Positions 21,136-31,532 of a DNA stretch of 57,315 nucleotides are shown piece after piece. The translations under genes were made by a program, and so were the position numbers. How positions within the stretch are numbered: position 1 is the first letter of the stretch; the number at the start of each line of letters is the position of its first letter. This DNA comes from an uncultured Chthonomonadaceae bacterium (GTDB lineage Bacteria; Armatimonadota; Chthonomonadetes; Chthonomonadales; Chthonomonadaceae). Under the pieces are notes generated by a model that was not told the DNA's origin, made no database searches, and worked only from the letters and a program-made list of their open reading frames with translations. The stretch is taken from contig CAWIEK010000067.1 of the NCBI GenBank assembly GCA_963835065.1, positions 1-57,315 of the forward strand, written 5' to 3'.

Positions 21136-23310
21136 TTATCCCCGCCGTCCGAATTGCTGCGCCAGTACGATTTCTACGAATAGCAGGCCAAGTACCGTCA
21201 GCAGCAGCGCGCGCCAGACTTCCGTGCCGTACCGCGCCCGCGAAACCGACGCTTGCAGTTGCGGCGCTGTGTTGGCTACGCTCACGCGGTTGGCGGGAAC
21301 GCCGGCCTGCGTAATGGCTGTCGCCGGGTCGGAAGGCGTCAGGTCGGATTCCGTTGTCGGCAGATTGACGGCAAAGGCGTCCTGCGTCGTACTGTTCTGC
21401 ACGGCGATTTTGTACACGCCCGCCTGCTGCGTGTCCTTGAAGCGGAACGTGACGCCCCGCGCATCCAAAGCGCTGTTTTGCGTGGAAACGCGGCCTTCCG
21501 GCGTGGTTACGCGCACCGGCTTGTTGGCGTCACCAAGCGGCAGGGCGAGAAACAACGCTTCTTCCTGCGCGATGTTGCGGTGCGAGGCCGCGCCCTGTCC
21601 CAAATAAAACAGCAATTGGTAAATCATGGGAACGTAGCTGGGCTTGAGTGGCAGTTGGTTCCACGATGCGCCCGCGCTGCTGGCCGCCACAATCACGCGG
21701 CCCAACTCGACATGCCGCTCCACAAAAGCCGGGTCGCCGTTGCCAAAGCGCATCATCACCTGCACCGCGCCGGGGTCATTGGCTTCCAGCGCGGGTTCCA
21801 GGCCGAAGTATTGCGTAAAGCGGGCGCTGGCGACATTGAGGCTGGACGTGTCCTTAAACAAAGTCAGAGCGGGGTGCGTAATGGAGCCGGGGTTCAGCGT
21901 GGCGGCGTCGCTGTCGCTCAGGGTCTTTTTGGAAGTCAGGCGCGCGGGCAGCAATCCACCCTCGCCGCCCAAATCCGCATTAACGCGGCTGGCTTCCGTG
22001 CCGCTGCCGGGGAACAGCATCAGCCCGCCCCCCGCTTTTACATACTCCGTCAGGGCGCGTTTGTCGCCCGTTGCCAGCCCGCTCACGCCCGTCAAAATCA
22101 CGACATCGTAATCGCGCAAAACGACGCCGCCCATTCCCGGCCCTTCGCGCAGTTTGGCGGCAAGGCTCTCCTGCGCGCCGCCCGGAGCCATCGCGTTCAG
22201 CAGATAGAAACTGTCGCTTTTAGTCGGGTCACTGGCCGGGTGCATGTCCTGCACCAGCACTTTGATGCGATCCCGGCAGCGCACCACGAAATTCGCGCTG
22301 TTGTCGCGCTCCAAACCGTCTATGTGCGCGGCGTCTGCCAGTTCGATGCGCCCGACGTGCGTTCCGGTTGTCGGAAACCGCGTTTGTGGGAAGCGGGCAA
22401 TCACATTGCCGCCCGGACCAACGGACACGCGCTTGATGTCGGCCTGCTTGTCGTCTATTTTCAGGTTGACCAAAATATCGTTGCGGGGCTTCGCGCCGTA
22501 GTTGACGATTTTGGCTTCGATACTCACGGGCAATTGCGGCGTCACCAGTTCCCGGCTCAAAACGGGCGCTTCCACGACAAGGTTATCCCGATGCGCGATG
22601 TCCGTCCCGACGGAGACCCACGTGATGCGCGCCTGCCGGCCCAAGTCCTGCCAGATGGGACGGGCGCTGTCGCGCTTGCTCGTGGCCCACGCATTGGCCT
22701 GATCGTCACTGAGCCAGTACACTTCCTTGACGGGCGCGTTGGACGTTTTCAGCAGTTTGTTCACCAGTTGCGCCGTTGCCAGATAATCGGTCGGGCGATC
22801 CACAAGCGGAACCGTCAGCAGGCGGCGCGAGACCGAATCGCGGTCTAAACTTGGCGAGTTTATCAAGGCGTCGGGCTTGTCGGAAAGCAGAACGAGGGAA
22901 ACGGAGTCGCCGGGCTTGAGGATGCGCGTCAGCACCTGCGAGGCATACGCCTGCGCCCGCTCCTGGCTGGTTTTACCATCCCCGCCGCGCTGCGCCATGC
23001 TGTAGGAATTGTCCACGACAAGCACGGCATACACGCGCTGGTTCTGCGACAGCAGGGCCGCGCCCAGCGTATGCGTGACCGGGCGGGCAAACGCGAGACA
23101 CGCTAAAGCGACAATCAGCGTCCGCAGCGCCAGGAGAATCAATTCCTCGATTCGCATCCGCCGCCGCTGCTTCTTCTGCGACTGCCGCAAAAACTCCATC
23201 GCCGCCCATTGGACGACCTTGAGCTTGCGCCGCCGAATGAGATGGATCAGCAGCGGTATCCCTGCGAACGCGAGGGCAGATAGGAAAATTGGGTTTAGGA
23301 AGGGTGGCAT
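21136..23310 (-). CDS. BatA-domain/vWA membrane protein
   Basis: N-terminal PLLIHLI BatA motif; MIDAS DNSYSM; glutamine-amidotransferase-like middle region; C-terminal TM helix. Confidence 0.88.
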   Translation of the reverse strand: MPPFLNPIFLSALAFAGIPLLIHLIRRRKLKVVQWAAMEFLRQSQKKQRRRMRIEELILLALRTLIVALACLAFARPVTHTLGAALLSQNQRVYAVLVVDNSYSMAQRGGDGKTSQERAQAYASQVLTRILKPGDSVSLVLLSDKPDALINSPSLDRDSVSRRLLTVPLVDRPTDYLATAQLVNKLLKTSNAPVKEVYWLSDDQANAWATSKRDSARPIWQDLGRQARITWVSVGTDIAHRDNLVVEAPVLSRELVTPQLPVSIEAKIVNYGAKPRNDILVNLKIDDKQADIKRVSVGPGGNVIARFPQTRFPTTGTHVGRIELADAAHIDGLERDNSANFVVRCRDRIKVLVQDMHPASDPTKSDSFYLLNAMAPGGAQESLAAKLREGPGMGGVVLRDYDVVILTGVSGLATGDKRALTEYVKAGGGLMLFPGSGTEASRVNADLGGEGGLLPARLTSKKTLSDSDAATLNPGSITHPALTLFKDTSSLNVASARFTQYFGLEPALEANDPGAVQVMMRFGNGDPAFVERHVELGRVIVAASSAGASWNQLPLKPSYVPMIYQLLFYLGQGAASHRNIAQEEALFLALPLGDANKPVRVTTPEGRVSTQNSALDARGVTFRFKDTQQAGVYKIAVQNSTTQDAFAVNLPTTESDLTPSDPATAITQAGVPANRVSVANTAPQLQASVSRARYGTEVWRALLLTVLGLLFVEIVLAQQFGRRG

Positions 23311-23314
23311 TACA

Positions 23315-23437
23315 TCAGGGGTCAGGGGTCAGGGGTCAGGGGTCAGGGAACACAATCTTGTTCACCTTCACTTTGTTTTTTATGACAAGCAAACAGGAAA
23401 CGGCGTTCCCTGACCCCTGACTCCTGATCCCTGATCC
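23315..23437. repeat. Inverted pair of heptamer arrays (TCAGGGG)n / (CCCCTGA)n
   Basis: Fills the DUF58-stop to BatA-start interval. Confidence 0.85.
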
Positions 23438-24343
23438 CTACCTCCTTTGACTGGATCGTGACGACAAATAGCGCGACAGCGCGGTGTCTACGGGCTGATC
23501 GGTGACAAGCTGCTGGTAGTCCATGTTGAGTTCGCGGCAGCCTTTTTTGAGTTTTTCGACATACGCGCCGAAAGCGTTCAGGTACTCGCGGCGCAGGGCG
23601 TTGGGTTCGGCCATCAGCGGCTCCTCGCCCTCCATGCCCTGAAACAGGGCGGAATCTTTGAAAGGAAACGTCAGTTCGTCCCGATCCAGAACGTGAAAAA
23701 TAATCACTTCATGCTTGCGATGCCGGAAGTGCTGCAAGCCACGCAGCATCTCGTCGGGGTCGGTAAACAGGTCGCTCAGAACAACCAGCAGGCCGCGCCG
23801 CTTTACTCGCTCCGCCAGATCGTGAAAGGTGTTGCCGATGGCGGTTTTGGGGGACGTGTCCCGTTTTTCCAGCATTTCCAGCAGCAGTTTCATGTGGGCG
23901 CTCGTGCCTGCCGGGGGAATGAACGTGCGGATATTATCATCAAATGTGGTCAGCCCGACGGTATCGCGCTGCCGCATCAGCAGGGACGCAATCGCAGCCG
24001 CGACAATGGCCGCGTATTCGCGCTTGGACAGAGCCGAATTGATGCCCTTGTAATCCATGCTCGTGCTGGTATCTACGACAAGCGTGGCTTTGAGGTTGGT
24101 TTCTTCCTCGTACTGCTTGATCTGGTAGCGATCCGAGCGGGCGTACACTTTCCAGTCAATATGCCGTATCTCGTCGCCGGGAACGTAATCGCGGTGCTGC
24201 GCGAATTCCACGCTGCTGCCCCGGTGCGGGCTTTTGTGCATGCCCGAAATCACGCCTTCCACGACGGCGCGGGCGCGCAGTTCCAGTCGGGAAATACGGG
24301 CAAGCGTTTGCGGGTCGGCCAGTTGTTTTGTTTGTGGTTCCAT
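23438..24343 (-). CDS. DUF58-domain protein
   Basis: GSSVEFAQHRDYVPGDEIRHIDWK, DTSTSM and LSD motifs. Confidence 0.95.
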   Translation of the reverse strand: MEPQTKQLADPQTLARISRLELRARAVVEGVISGMHKSPHRGSSVEFAQHRDYVPGDEIRHIDWKVYARSDRYQIKQYEEETNLKATLVVDTSTSMDYKGINSALSKREYAAIVAAAIASLLMRQRDTVGLTTFDDNIRTFIPPAGTSAHMKLLLEMLEKRDTSPKTAIGNTFHDLAERVKRRGLLVVLSDLFTDPDEMLRGLQHFRHRKHEVIIFHVLDRDELTFPFKDSALFQGMEGEEPLMAEPNALRREYLNAFGAYVEKLKKGCRELNMDYQQLVTDQPVDTALSRYLSSRSSQRR

Positions 24344-24382
24344 AAGTACAGGTGTTAGGTGTTAAGTGTTAGGTGTTCGGTG

Positions 24383-24559
24383 TTGTCTTGAACCATGATT
24401 TATGTGATTAGGATGATTGCCATGATTTTGAGAGACGCGTTGCTCATATTCTTCCTCTAATTGGACGAATTATAATTTTGATTGTGGCAAGCGAACGATG
24501 ATTTGAAGAGGAATCATCATGTTAATCATTATAATCACATAAATCATGGTTCAAGACAA
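24383..24559. mobile_element. MITE-like element with perfect 28-bp terminal inverted repeats
   Basis: TTGTCTTGAACCATGATTTATGTGATTA / TAATCACATAAATCATGGTTCAAGACAA; sibling at 43650-43755. Confidence 0.8.
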
Positions 24560-24560
24560 A

Positions 24561-25508
24561 TTATGCCTGTGGACGCAGCAGTTGTTCGGGCGGCGTGTGT
24601 GCATTGCTTGCTGCCGGACGCAGCAAAACGTCAGGTGCAGACGCCACGATGAATCGGACGCGCGCAACAGCGTCTGCATTTCGCGTCTTTCATTCGCGTG
24701 TAGCTTTAGATACTCCAGGCACTCTGCGGCGGCTTTTTGCACTTCCATATTGGAGTGAACCGAGGATATGTGTTGACAGTTTGATAGGCGCTTTCATCCC
24801 CAACCTGCTCCAGCGCTTTCAGCCCCTTCACCCTGAGTTCTGTTGGCCCAATAGCACCAACAAGATACAACAAATCCCGTTTTTGTTCGCGGGTCAGCAG
24901 GCCGCGGACTGATCGGCGCGCAGATGTGGCAGCAGACGGCACAGCGTAAACATTTGCCAAGTTCCCTGTGCATGGCCCGATAATCTCCGGGATTAACGTA
25001 CATGGAAATGGCCGGGCCTAACAGATTGCGGAACATCGATCATGTCGCTCTGCTCTGAGCGGCAAGTCACCAACGACCAGGACAGGCGGAAAGGAACGTA
25101 CAGGAGATTCCAGCCCATTAACCAGATCACCAGAGGCCAGAATGACATCATTATGGCGGCTGTACTCAAATTGCTGACGATAAACAGCACAAGGCTGGCC
25201 GGAAACCAACCAAGAATCGGCGCAAGTATGATGTAGGCGCTCCGCCGCTTGCGCGTCCGGTAATCAATTTGCCCCGGTCTGAACCAGCGTCAGCAATTGT
25301 CCGGGCGGGCGGCAGCGCACTGGCTTCCCGTACCGCTCGTTCGCGAGTTGTGCTGGAAGAAGCTGTTCATTTGCCCCAACAACGCAGCCCTATCCGCAGT
25401 CATATTGGCAGACGCTTGTGGCTCCACCAATGGCAGGCCATGTTCATCCGTTTTGACACTCCGAACCGCTTGATAGGCTTCCCACTCCGTCATTTGTTGT
25501 TGCTGCAT
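24561..25508 (-). pseudogene. HEAT-repeat-like membrane protein, multiply frameshifted; paralog of 28143-29261
   Basis: Fragments LTREQKRDL, LKALEQVGD, AAAECL...QTLLRAS and PPEQLLRP parallel the motifs of 28143-29261. Confidence 0.6.
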
Positions 25509-25559
25509 GGCTATACCTGCTTGCCCGCGCTCAGGATGAAAGCGTCTGCTTTCGGCTGC

Positions 25560-26624
25560 CTATTTGCGGGCGGGTTCGGTTGGGCGCGGCGTGGTGGCAA
25601 GCAATTTCTGTACGATTTTATCCGTTGTTAATCCTTCGGCTTCCGCGTTGAAGTTGGTGACGATGCGGTGGCGCAGGACGGGCAGGGCGACGGCGGCAAC
25701 GTCTTCCGTTGTGGCGTAGTTGCGGCCATACAGCGCGGCGCGGGCTTTGGCTCCCAACACCAGATACTGCGAAGCGCGCGGGCCGGCTCCCCAGCTCAGG
25801 TTGTCCTTGACGAACGCGGGGGCTTCGGGTTCATTCGGGCGCGTTTGCCGCACCAGTTGCGCCGCATAGCGGAAAACATGGTCGCCAACCGGGATACGCC
25901 GTACAATGTCCTGAAGCGCCATAATGTCTTCGCCCGTCAGCGTGGCGCGGAGTTCGGCGTTCATCCCGCCCGTCGTGGCCTTCATAATCGCCACTTCTTC
26001 TTCCGCCGAAGGGTAGCCCACGATAATCATGAACATAAAGCGGTCTAATTGCGCTTCGGGAAGGGGGTACGTGCCTTCCTGTTCAATCGGGTTTTGCGTG
26101 GCAAGGACAAAAAATGGCTCGGCCAGTTTGTGCGACTGCCCGCCCACCGTGATTTTGTGTTCCTGCATGGCTTCCAAAAGCGCGGCCTGCGTTTTTGGGG
26201 GCGTTCGGTTGATTTCATCCGCCAGAATCATGTTGGCGAACAGCGGCCCGCGCAAAAACACGAACTTGCGCTCCCGCGTTACTTGATCTTCCTGAATGAT
26301 TTCCGTGCCCGTAATGTCGGCGGGCATCAGGTCGGGCGTAAACTGAATCCGCTTGTACGACAGGTTCAGCACCCGTGAAACCGTGCTGACGAGCAGCGTT
26401 TTCGCCAGTCCGGGCACACCCACCAGAATACAATGCCCGCGCGCAAACACGGCCATCAGCAGTTCTTCCACCACAGCCTCTTGCCCGATAACCACCTGCC
26501 CGATTTCGCGGCGCATGGAATCAAAAGCGTCGCGCAATCGCTGCAAGCGCGCCAGATCGTCCGCGCCCGTCGGCGGCGCATCGGCAGACACAGAGTTATG
26601 GGACGAAACAGTCGAAACGGTCAT
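25560..26624 (-). CDS. moxR: MoxR-family AAA+ ATPase
   Basis: [40 protein letters not shown] and [10 protein letters not shown] motifs. Confidence 0.96.
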   Translation of the reverse strand: MTVSTVSSHNSVSADAPPTGADDLARLQRLRDAFDSMRREIGQVVIGQEAVVEELLMAVFARGHCILVGVPGLAKTLLVSTVSRVLNLSYKRIQFTPDLMPADITGTEIIQEDQVTRERKFVFLRGPLFANMILADEINRTPPKTQAALLEAMQEHKITVGGQSHKLAEPFFVLATQNPIEQEGTYPLPEAQLDRFMFMIIVGYPSAEEEVAIMKATTGGMNAELRATLTGEDIMALQDIVRRIPVGDHVFRYAAQLVRQTRPNEPEAPAFVKDNLSWGAGPRASQYLVLGAKARAALYGRNYATTEDVAAVALPVLRHRIVTNFNAEAEGLTTDKIVQKLLATTPRPTEPARK

Positions 26625-26642
26625 TCAGAAAGCCTTTCAAAA

Positions 26643-26770
26643 AGTAGTCAGTAGTCAGTAGTCAGTAGTCAGTAGACGCATCTACCGCCAGATTGCCTCA
26701 TATCAGATAGCAATAAGTATGACAGCATTTCTACTGTCTACTGACTACTGTCTACTGACTACTGACTACT
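26643..26770. repeat. Inverted pair of heptamer arrays (AGTAGTC)n / (GACTACT)n
   Basis: Spans from the upstream gene's stop (26766-26768) to just before moxR. Confidence 0.85.
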
Positions 26771-27920
26771 TTCCTAAACAATACGCCAGCGCGATCAGCG
26801 TGTAACTGGTGACGAGGGCGGGCTGGTCTTCCCAATAGCGGGGATTGGAATTGAACCACGCGCCGTCCGGTTTTTGCCTGGCGATCAGAGCGCTTGCCAG
26901 GTCGCGCGCCCATTCGTGGGTGTTGCCTTTGGCGTCCTTGAACGATTTCAGGCCGTACACGTTGAGCGTTTTCGCCATCGCGTGATAGTAGTAGTACAGT
27001 GATACATCGCCCTGCCCCGGATGTTCCGCAACCGTGTAATTGGCGCGTATCCAGTCCCAGGCGGCTTTGGCGCGGGGATCGTCTTTGGACACGCCGCAAT
27101 AAATGTAGCTTTCCAGGCCGGCATACGTCATGGCGCCCATCGAAGTATGGTCGCCCGAACCCGTCGCCTTGCTTTCGCCCGTCGTGTCGTAGGCAAAACC
27201 GCCGTCATTCGGCCCGGTTTTCGCCCATGCCTGATCGTTGCTTGCGCGGCGGTTCTGCACCCGCTGCAAAAACGTAATCGCTTTCTGGAACACAGGCGCG
27301 TTGTAGGGTACGCCGGATTCTTTGAGGGATTGCAGCGCCATAGACAGGTTCGACAGATCGGGATGGTCGTCGGGATCGTTACCGTAGCCGATGCCGCCAT
27401 AAACGGGGTTCGATGTTTCGATGCCCTCGGTCTCGTCAAACTGCGACTGCTCCATGTACTTCTGCGCTTTAAGGATGATTGGCTTGTACGCCGGGTTCTT
27501 GGTCAGCGACAGAGACAGCAGGGAAAGCGCGGTATTGTAGTTGGGCAGAGAGCGGGCCGGGTCGCGGCTGTCGAAAATCGCGCCGTTGGGCTTGGCCGCG
27601 CGCAGCAGGAATTGAACGCCTTTGGCGACGGCGGGTTCCTTTAGTTCGGTTCTGCCGTTACGCATAAACGCGCACAGGGCAAGGGACGTAATCGCCGGGT
27701 AATGGCTCCACGAGCCATCTGTTTCCTGCACATGGCGCAGATAGTCCAATCCCTTATTGACCGCAAGCCGCGCATTGGCAAACACCGGGTCAGGCGCGGC
27801 CTGCGCTTCCATCACGGTTCCGCCCACCAATGCGCCCACGCCCACATTCGCCAAAAATCGCCGCCGCGTATACTGCGGACGTATTTTAGAGTTGATATTT
27901 GTTTCTTTAGAATCACTCAT
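26766..27920 (-). CDS. Tat-exported prenyltransferase/squalene-oxidase-repeat protein
   Basis: TRRRFL Tat motif; QETDGSW, DGGFAY and QKPDGAW repeats. Confidence 0.85.
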   Translation of the reverse strand: MSDSKETNINSKIRPQYTRRRFLANVGVGALVGGTVMEAQAAPDPVFANARLAVNKGLDYLRHVQETDGSWSHYPAITSLALCAFMRNGRTELKEPAVAKGVQFLLRAAKPNGAIFDSRDPARSLPNYNTALSLLSLSLTKNPAYKPIILKAQKYMEQSQFDETEGIETSNPVYGGIGYGNDPDDHPDLSNLSMALQSLKESGVPYNAPVFQKAITFLQRVQNRRASNDQAWAKTGPNDGGFAYDTTGESKATGSGDHTSMGAMTYAGLESYIYCGVSKDDPRAKAAWDWIRANYTVAEHPGQGDVSLYYYYHAMAKTLNVYGLKSFKDAKGNTHEWARDLASALIARQKPDGAWFNSNPRYWEDQPALVTSYTLIALAYCLGK

Positions 27921-27985
27921 CAGGAAGCCTCTACTCGCGTAATTTTGCTTGCCAACATTGCCAACACCCATTCAAATAAAAATTC

Positions 27986-28073
27986 GTAGGGGCGCAATAA
28001 ATTGCGCCCTCTGCCGCGATTGCGCCCTCTGCCGGATGCGGTACATTGCGGGCGTGATGAATCACGCCCCTAC
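27986..28073. repeat. GTAG-type REP doublet, copy 2
   Basis: Same arms as 19306-19428. Confidence 0.85.
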
Positions 28074-28142
28074 ACATTTTCTTTGAACGGTAGTGAACCG
28101 AATACCAAACACCTGAACACCTGAACACCTAAATTCGCATCG

Positions 28143-29261
28143 TCAGTGCGGACGCAGCAACTGCTCTTCATGGTCGCACTCGGTTTGTTCGCAGGTGGGG
28201 CGCAATAAATGGAATACCCCTTCTTTTTGGTTGGACGCGGAACGCAGCAGAATTTGCGAGTCCTGCGCTTCCTTGACCCGCAATTTTACGTGCGGCAAAC
28301 ACTCATGCGCCGCTTCGCGCACACTGTCGTGGTGAACCGGGCTGTCAATAACATACGCCACGCGACGCAAAACGCGCTCATCGCCGATCTGCTGCATGGC
28401 TGCCAGCACCGCAACCGCCAAATCCGGGTTATCGCCGTCCAGGGCGCGCAACAATGCCGCCTGCTCCTCGCGGGTAATGCGTTCCTTATCTTGTATACGC
28501 ACCTGCGGCAGCAATTGTGTGAGGGCATCGGAAACGGATTGGCGCACCTCACGGTTCGGGTCATTGAGGCAGTCCGTCAAGATGCCGATATGCCGCTTGT
28601 CGCCGGTTTCCGCCAGCGCTTCGATTGCTGTTCGGCGCAAGCCCGCCCCCCGATCTGTAAACGTCAACAAAAGCCAGGTAATCACGCCACAAAGGGGCGC
28701 AAAACTATAGGCAATCAGGGGTAACACGCCGCCGATTCGCGCAAGCAGCAGAAACAGCAGCGCGACTCCGAGACTGCCCGCGCCGCGCCGGATATTCCAC
28801 TTTCGCCGCGTCCGTTTTTGCAGTTCCAGTTCCTGCTTCAAGGATTTGCGCAGGGCGGCAATGGCTTTGGGCGCGTCCATTTGCCGCAGGGCGTCCGCCG
28901 CCAGTTCGCGCAAGCGCGGATCCTGATTTTCCAGCAGTTTCGCCAACTCGCCAACCGCCGGACTTCCGATACGACTCATCGCTTCCAATGCCGACTGCTG
29001 CGCAAACGCGCACCGCGCCAGAATTGCTCTTGCGGGAAGCATCTGCTGCCATTCCGGCCAGCAGTCCAGCGCGTAACCGAGCGGGCGCAGCACGACTTGC
29101 GCCAGATAGGGAACGGCTTTCTCCCCTTCCTGCGCGACGGCGACAATGGCAATCGCCCGAAGTTCTGCATCCGGCGCAAACAGCCCCGCCAGGTGTTCGA
29201 CGGAGTTACCAGACGTTTCCATGCGGTTCACAAAATTCAAATTTTCAGCATCAACAGGCAT
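28143..29261 (-). CDS. HEAT-repeat membrane protein
   Basis: PBS-lyase-like repeats (LRELAADAL, VRQSVSDAL), two TM helices, C-terminal LLR repeats. Confidence 0.75.
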   Translation of the reverse strand: MPVDAENLNFVNRMETSGNSVEHLAGLFAPDAELRAIAIVAVAQEGEKAVPYLAQVVLRPLGYALDCWPEWQQMLPARAILARCAFAQQSALEAMSRIGSPAVGELAKLLENQDPRLRELAADALRQMDAPKAIAALRKSLKQELELQKRTRRKWNIRRGAGSLGVALLFLLLARIGGVLPLIAYSFAPLCGVITWLLLTFTDRGAGLRRTAIEALAETGDKRHIGILTDCLNDPNREVRQSVSDALTQLLPQVRIQDKERITREEQAALLRALDGDNPDLAVAVLAAMQQIGDERVLRRVAYVIDSPVHHDSVREAAHECLPHVKLRVKEAQDSQILLRSASNQKEGVFHLLRPTCEQTECDHEEQLLRPH

Positions 29262-29325
29262 AAGCGCATTATCAGGGCGGGAGCAGTATCAAACGCTTGT
29301 TCACATACATTCAACAACTTAAAAT

Positions 29326-30074
29326 TCATTTTTGAGGCGCGTCGGGCGCTTTGATGACAAACTCAATGGCTGTGCCGCGTTTCGGGGCGCGCTTGGTGTT
29401 GACGATATAGGCGTTGCTTGCGCCGCCGGGCAAAGGATTGTCCAGAATGGCGGCGGGATCATGCCATACGGCTACGAGTGATTTTTGCAGATCGGCTTCA
29501 AAGCCCTGCGCGATAATCCGCGAGCCGGTGAACACCCAATCGTGCGGAGGCATCGGCTTGCCGGACGGCAGTTCTGCTACCAAGTCCTCCGCCCGCGCTT
29601 CTTTCGCATTGCCCTGCGCATCCTTCCAGCGTACCCACAACTGAACCGGAGCGCCCTGCGGCGTGTTCTTATCCCCCTGCGTTTTCAGCACGTTTTTGGG
29701 TTCCAGGCCGAGCAGCAGCAACGCTACCTGTAAATGCAAAGGCCGAACCTCCAACGAGCAGCAAACTCTCGTGCGTTTTGCCGCGCGGCGCAACCGCCAG
29801 GTACTCAATCGCGCCCGTATCCATATTGATCGTGCCGGGACACGTCACGGTTCGCGCGCCCAAATCCACCGTCGACCTTGCCGATCCGGTACACCTTGTC
29901 GGTAATCTTCTCAACCGATGGCGGCTTGCCCTGCGCGGAGGCAGGAGAGGAGTTTGCACCACAGAGACACAGAGACACAGAGGTTACACAGAGAAAAGGG
30001 GAAAAGGAGAAGAGGAGAAGAGGAGACAAAGTTGTTTGCGCCAAACTAGTACGACTTTGCTGTAACAGATGCAA
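29326..30074 (-). CDS. YdjY-like secreted protein (frameshifts near 29870 and 29750; start uncertain)
   Basis: IEYLAVAPRGKTHESLL, PLHLQVALLLLGL and WVFTGS across three frames. Confidence 0.7.
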
Positions 30075-30161
30075 GGCTTTACCGATACAAGAAAAGCCCT
30101 CTGCCCTTTTCTCTCCAACCCCTCTGTGAAACCTCTGTGTCTCTGTGTCTCTGTGGTGCAA
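29954..30161. repeat. Fold-back element with perfect 32-bp arms (CACAGAGA)n
   Basis: TTGCACCACAGAGACACAGAGACACAGAGGTT and its exact reverse complement. Confidence 0.9.
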
Positions 30162-30168
30162 TGTATTC

Positions 30169-31458
30169 TTATTTCTGGTAGATGGGCAGCAGGCCGGCGG
30201 GCACTTGCAGCACCAGGCAGGCCATTGCGGTGGCGTATTCCGTTCCCGCTTCGGAAGTGGCGTCCGCGCGGCCCCAACTGCCGTCCGCGTCCTGCGAAGC
30301 GACAAGTCTGTCCCGAACGATGGGATACCACGATTTCCAGTAGTTGCCACCCGCCTGATACATCGCCTGCGTGACATAGTAAATCGAGTAGTGGAAGTGG
30401 TCGCGGTAAATCCAGTCGCTTCCTCGTTGCAGCGGATGCTTGACCAGATAATCCAAACCCGCCTGACACTGCCGCGAGTCTTTCAAGCCGGCGAGGTACA
30501 GCGACAGAACGCCCGCGCCCGTTCGCGCCGGGTTCGATTGGTTCATGCCGTACTGGTAACTGAAGCCGCCGTCCGTGTTCGCCAGCCGTTTCATATAACT
30601 GATGGCGCGGTCAATGGTCTGCTGCGACACTTTGATGCCCGCGTTGCGGCAGCCGCGCAGTCCCAGCACCTGCACGACGGTTACGGATAAATCCGCGTCG
30701 CCCTGCTGCGGCTGATAGCGCCAGCCACCGTCCCGCGATGGCTGCCCGTCCTGATTCTGCGTGTCTTCGATTAACTTTACAGCCGCCTGCAATTTTGTTT
30801 TCAGGTCGCGCCTTCGCGTCATGCCGTACACTTCCGCCAATCCCAAGAGCGCAAAGCCATGCCCGTACATCGGCGGGCCGGCTCCCCCGCCCTGCGTGGC
30901 GCGTATCAATCCCGGCGGCGTAAACTGCCCGTTCATCTGAATACTATTCGCAAGCCAGTCCACCACTTCGCTCAACACGACGCCATACCGCCCTCGCCCC
31001 GGCTGATGCCCTGCCGCCAGAAACGCCATCATGCACAGGCCGTTGATGCCCACGTCATTCCGATAGCCCTGACTGACCCAATGCCCGTCCGTCTGCTGCC
31101 GCGACGCCAGGTACGCCAGCCCTTTCGTAACCGCCGCTTCCGACTGCGGCGTTCCCAGATACTCCCGCGCTTCCACATCCCAAGAGGAGCCGACCTGACG
31201 GCGCGGCTTGCCCTGCGCATCTGCCGAGGAGGGGGAGTTTTCACCACAGAGACACAGAGACACAGAGGCTGCACAGAGGGCCTGGAGAGAAGAGGTTAGG
31301 AACTTTCTTCGGTCCACCGTATCCGGCTTAACCCTATCTAAATCTTTGGCCGGTTGTAAGGCATGCGGCCAATCGTCCTGCGGACGAAAGGAACTTTCAA
31401 CGCATTGAGGCTGACGTGTCCCAGATTGCGCCTCCGATTTTATGTATTTCTCCCCCAC
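30169..31458 (-). CDS. Tat-exported prenyltransferase/squalene-oxidase-repeat protein
   Basis: DRRKFL Tat motif; QQTDGHW, MYGHG, DGGWRY, ADLSVT and QDADGSW. Confidence 0.88.
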   Translation of the reverse strand: MGEKYIKSEAQSGTRQPQCVESSFRPQDDWPHALQPAKDLDRVKPDTVDRRKFLTSSLQALCAASVSLCLCGENSPSSADAQGKPRRQVGSSWDVEAREYLGTPQSEAAVTKGLAYLASRQQTDGHWVSQGYRNDVGINGLCMMAFLAAGHQPGRGRYGVVLSEVVDWLANSIQMNGQFTPPGLIRATQGGGAGPPMYGHGFALLGLAEVYGMTRRRDLKTKLQAAVKLIEDTQNQDGQPSRDGGWRYQPQQGDADLSVTVVQVLGLRGCRNAGIKVSQQTIDRAISYMKRLANTDGGFSYQYGMNQSNPARTGAGVLSLYLAGLKDSRQCQAGLDYLVKHPLQRGSDWIYRDHFHYSIYYVTQAMYQAGGNYWKSWYPIVRDRLVASQDADGSWGRADATSEAGTEYATAMACLVLQVPAGLLPIYQK

Positions 31459-31527
31459 TCCTCTTCTCCCCTCTCCCCGTCTTCTCTTCTCTGTGACCCC
31501 TCTGTGTCTCTGTGTCTCTGTGGTGAA
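31240..31527. repeat. Fold-back element with perfect 29-bp arms (CACAGAGA)n
   Basis: TTCACCACAGAGACACAGAGACACAGAGG and its reverse complement at 31499-31527. Confidence 0.9.
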
Positions 31528-31532
31528 GGTTC

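Noticed and set aside
26766..31458. Squalene-hopene cyclase / hopanoid cluster
   Set aside because: Proteins are single-domain with Tat signals, show no canonically placed DXDD motif and have no hpn neighbours.
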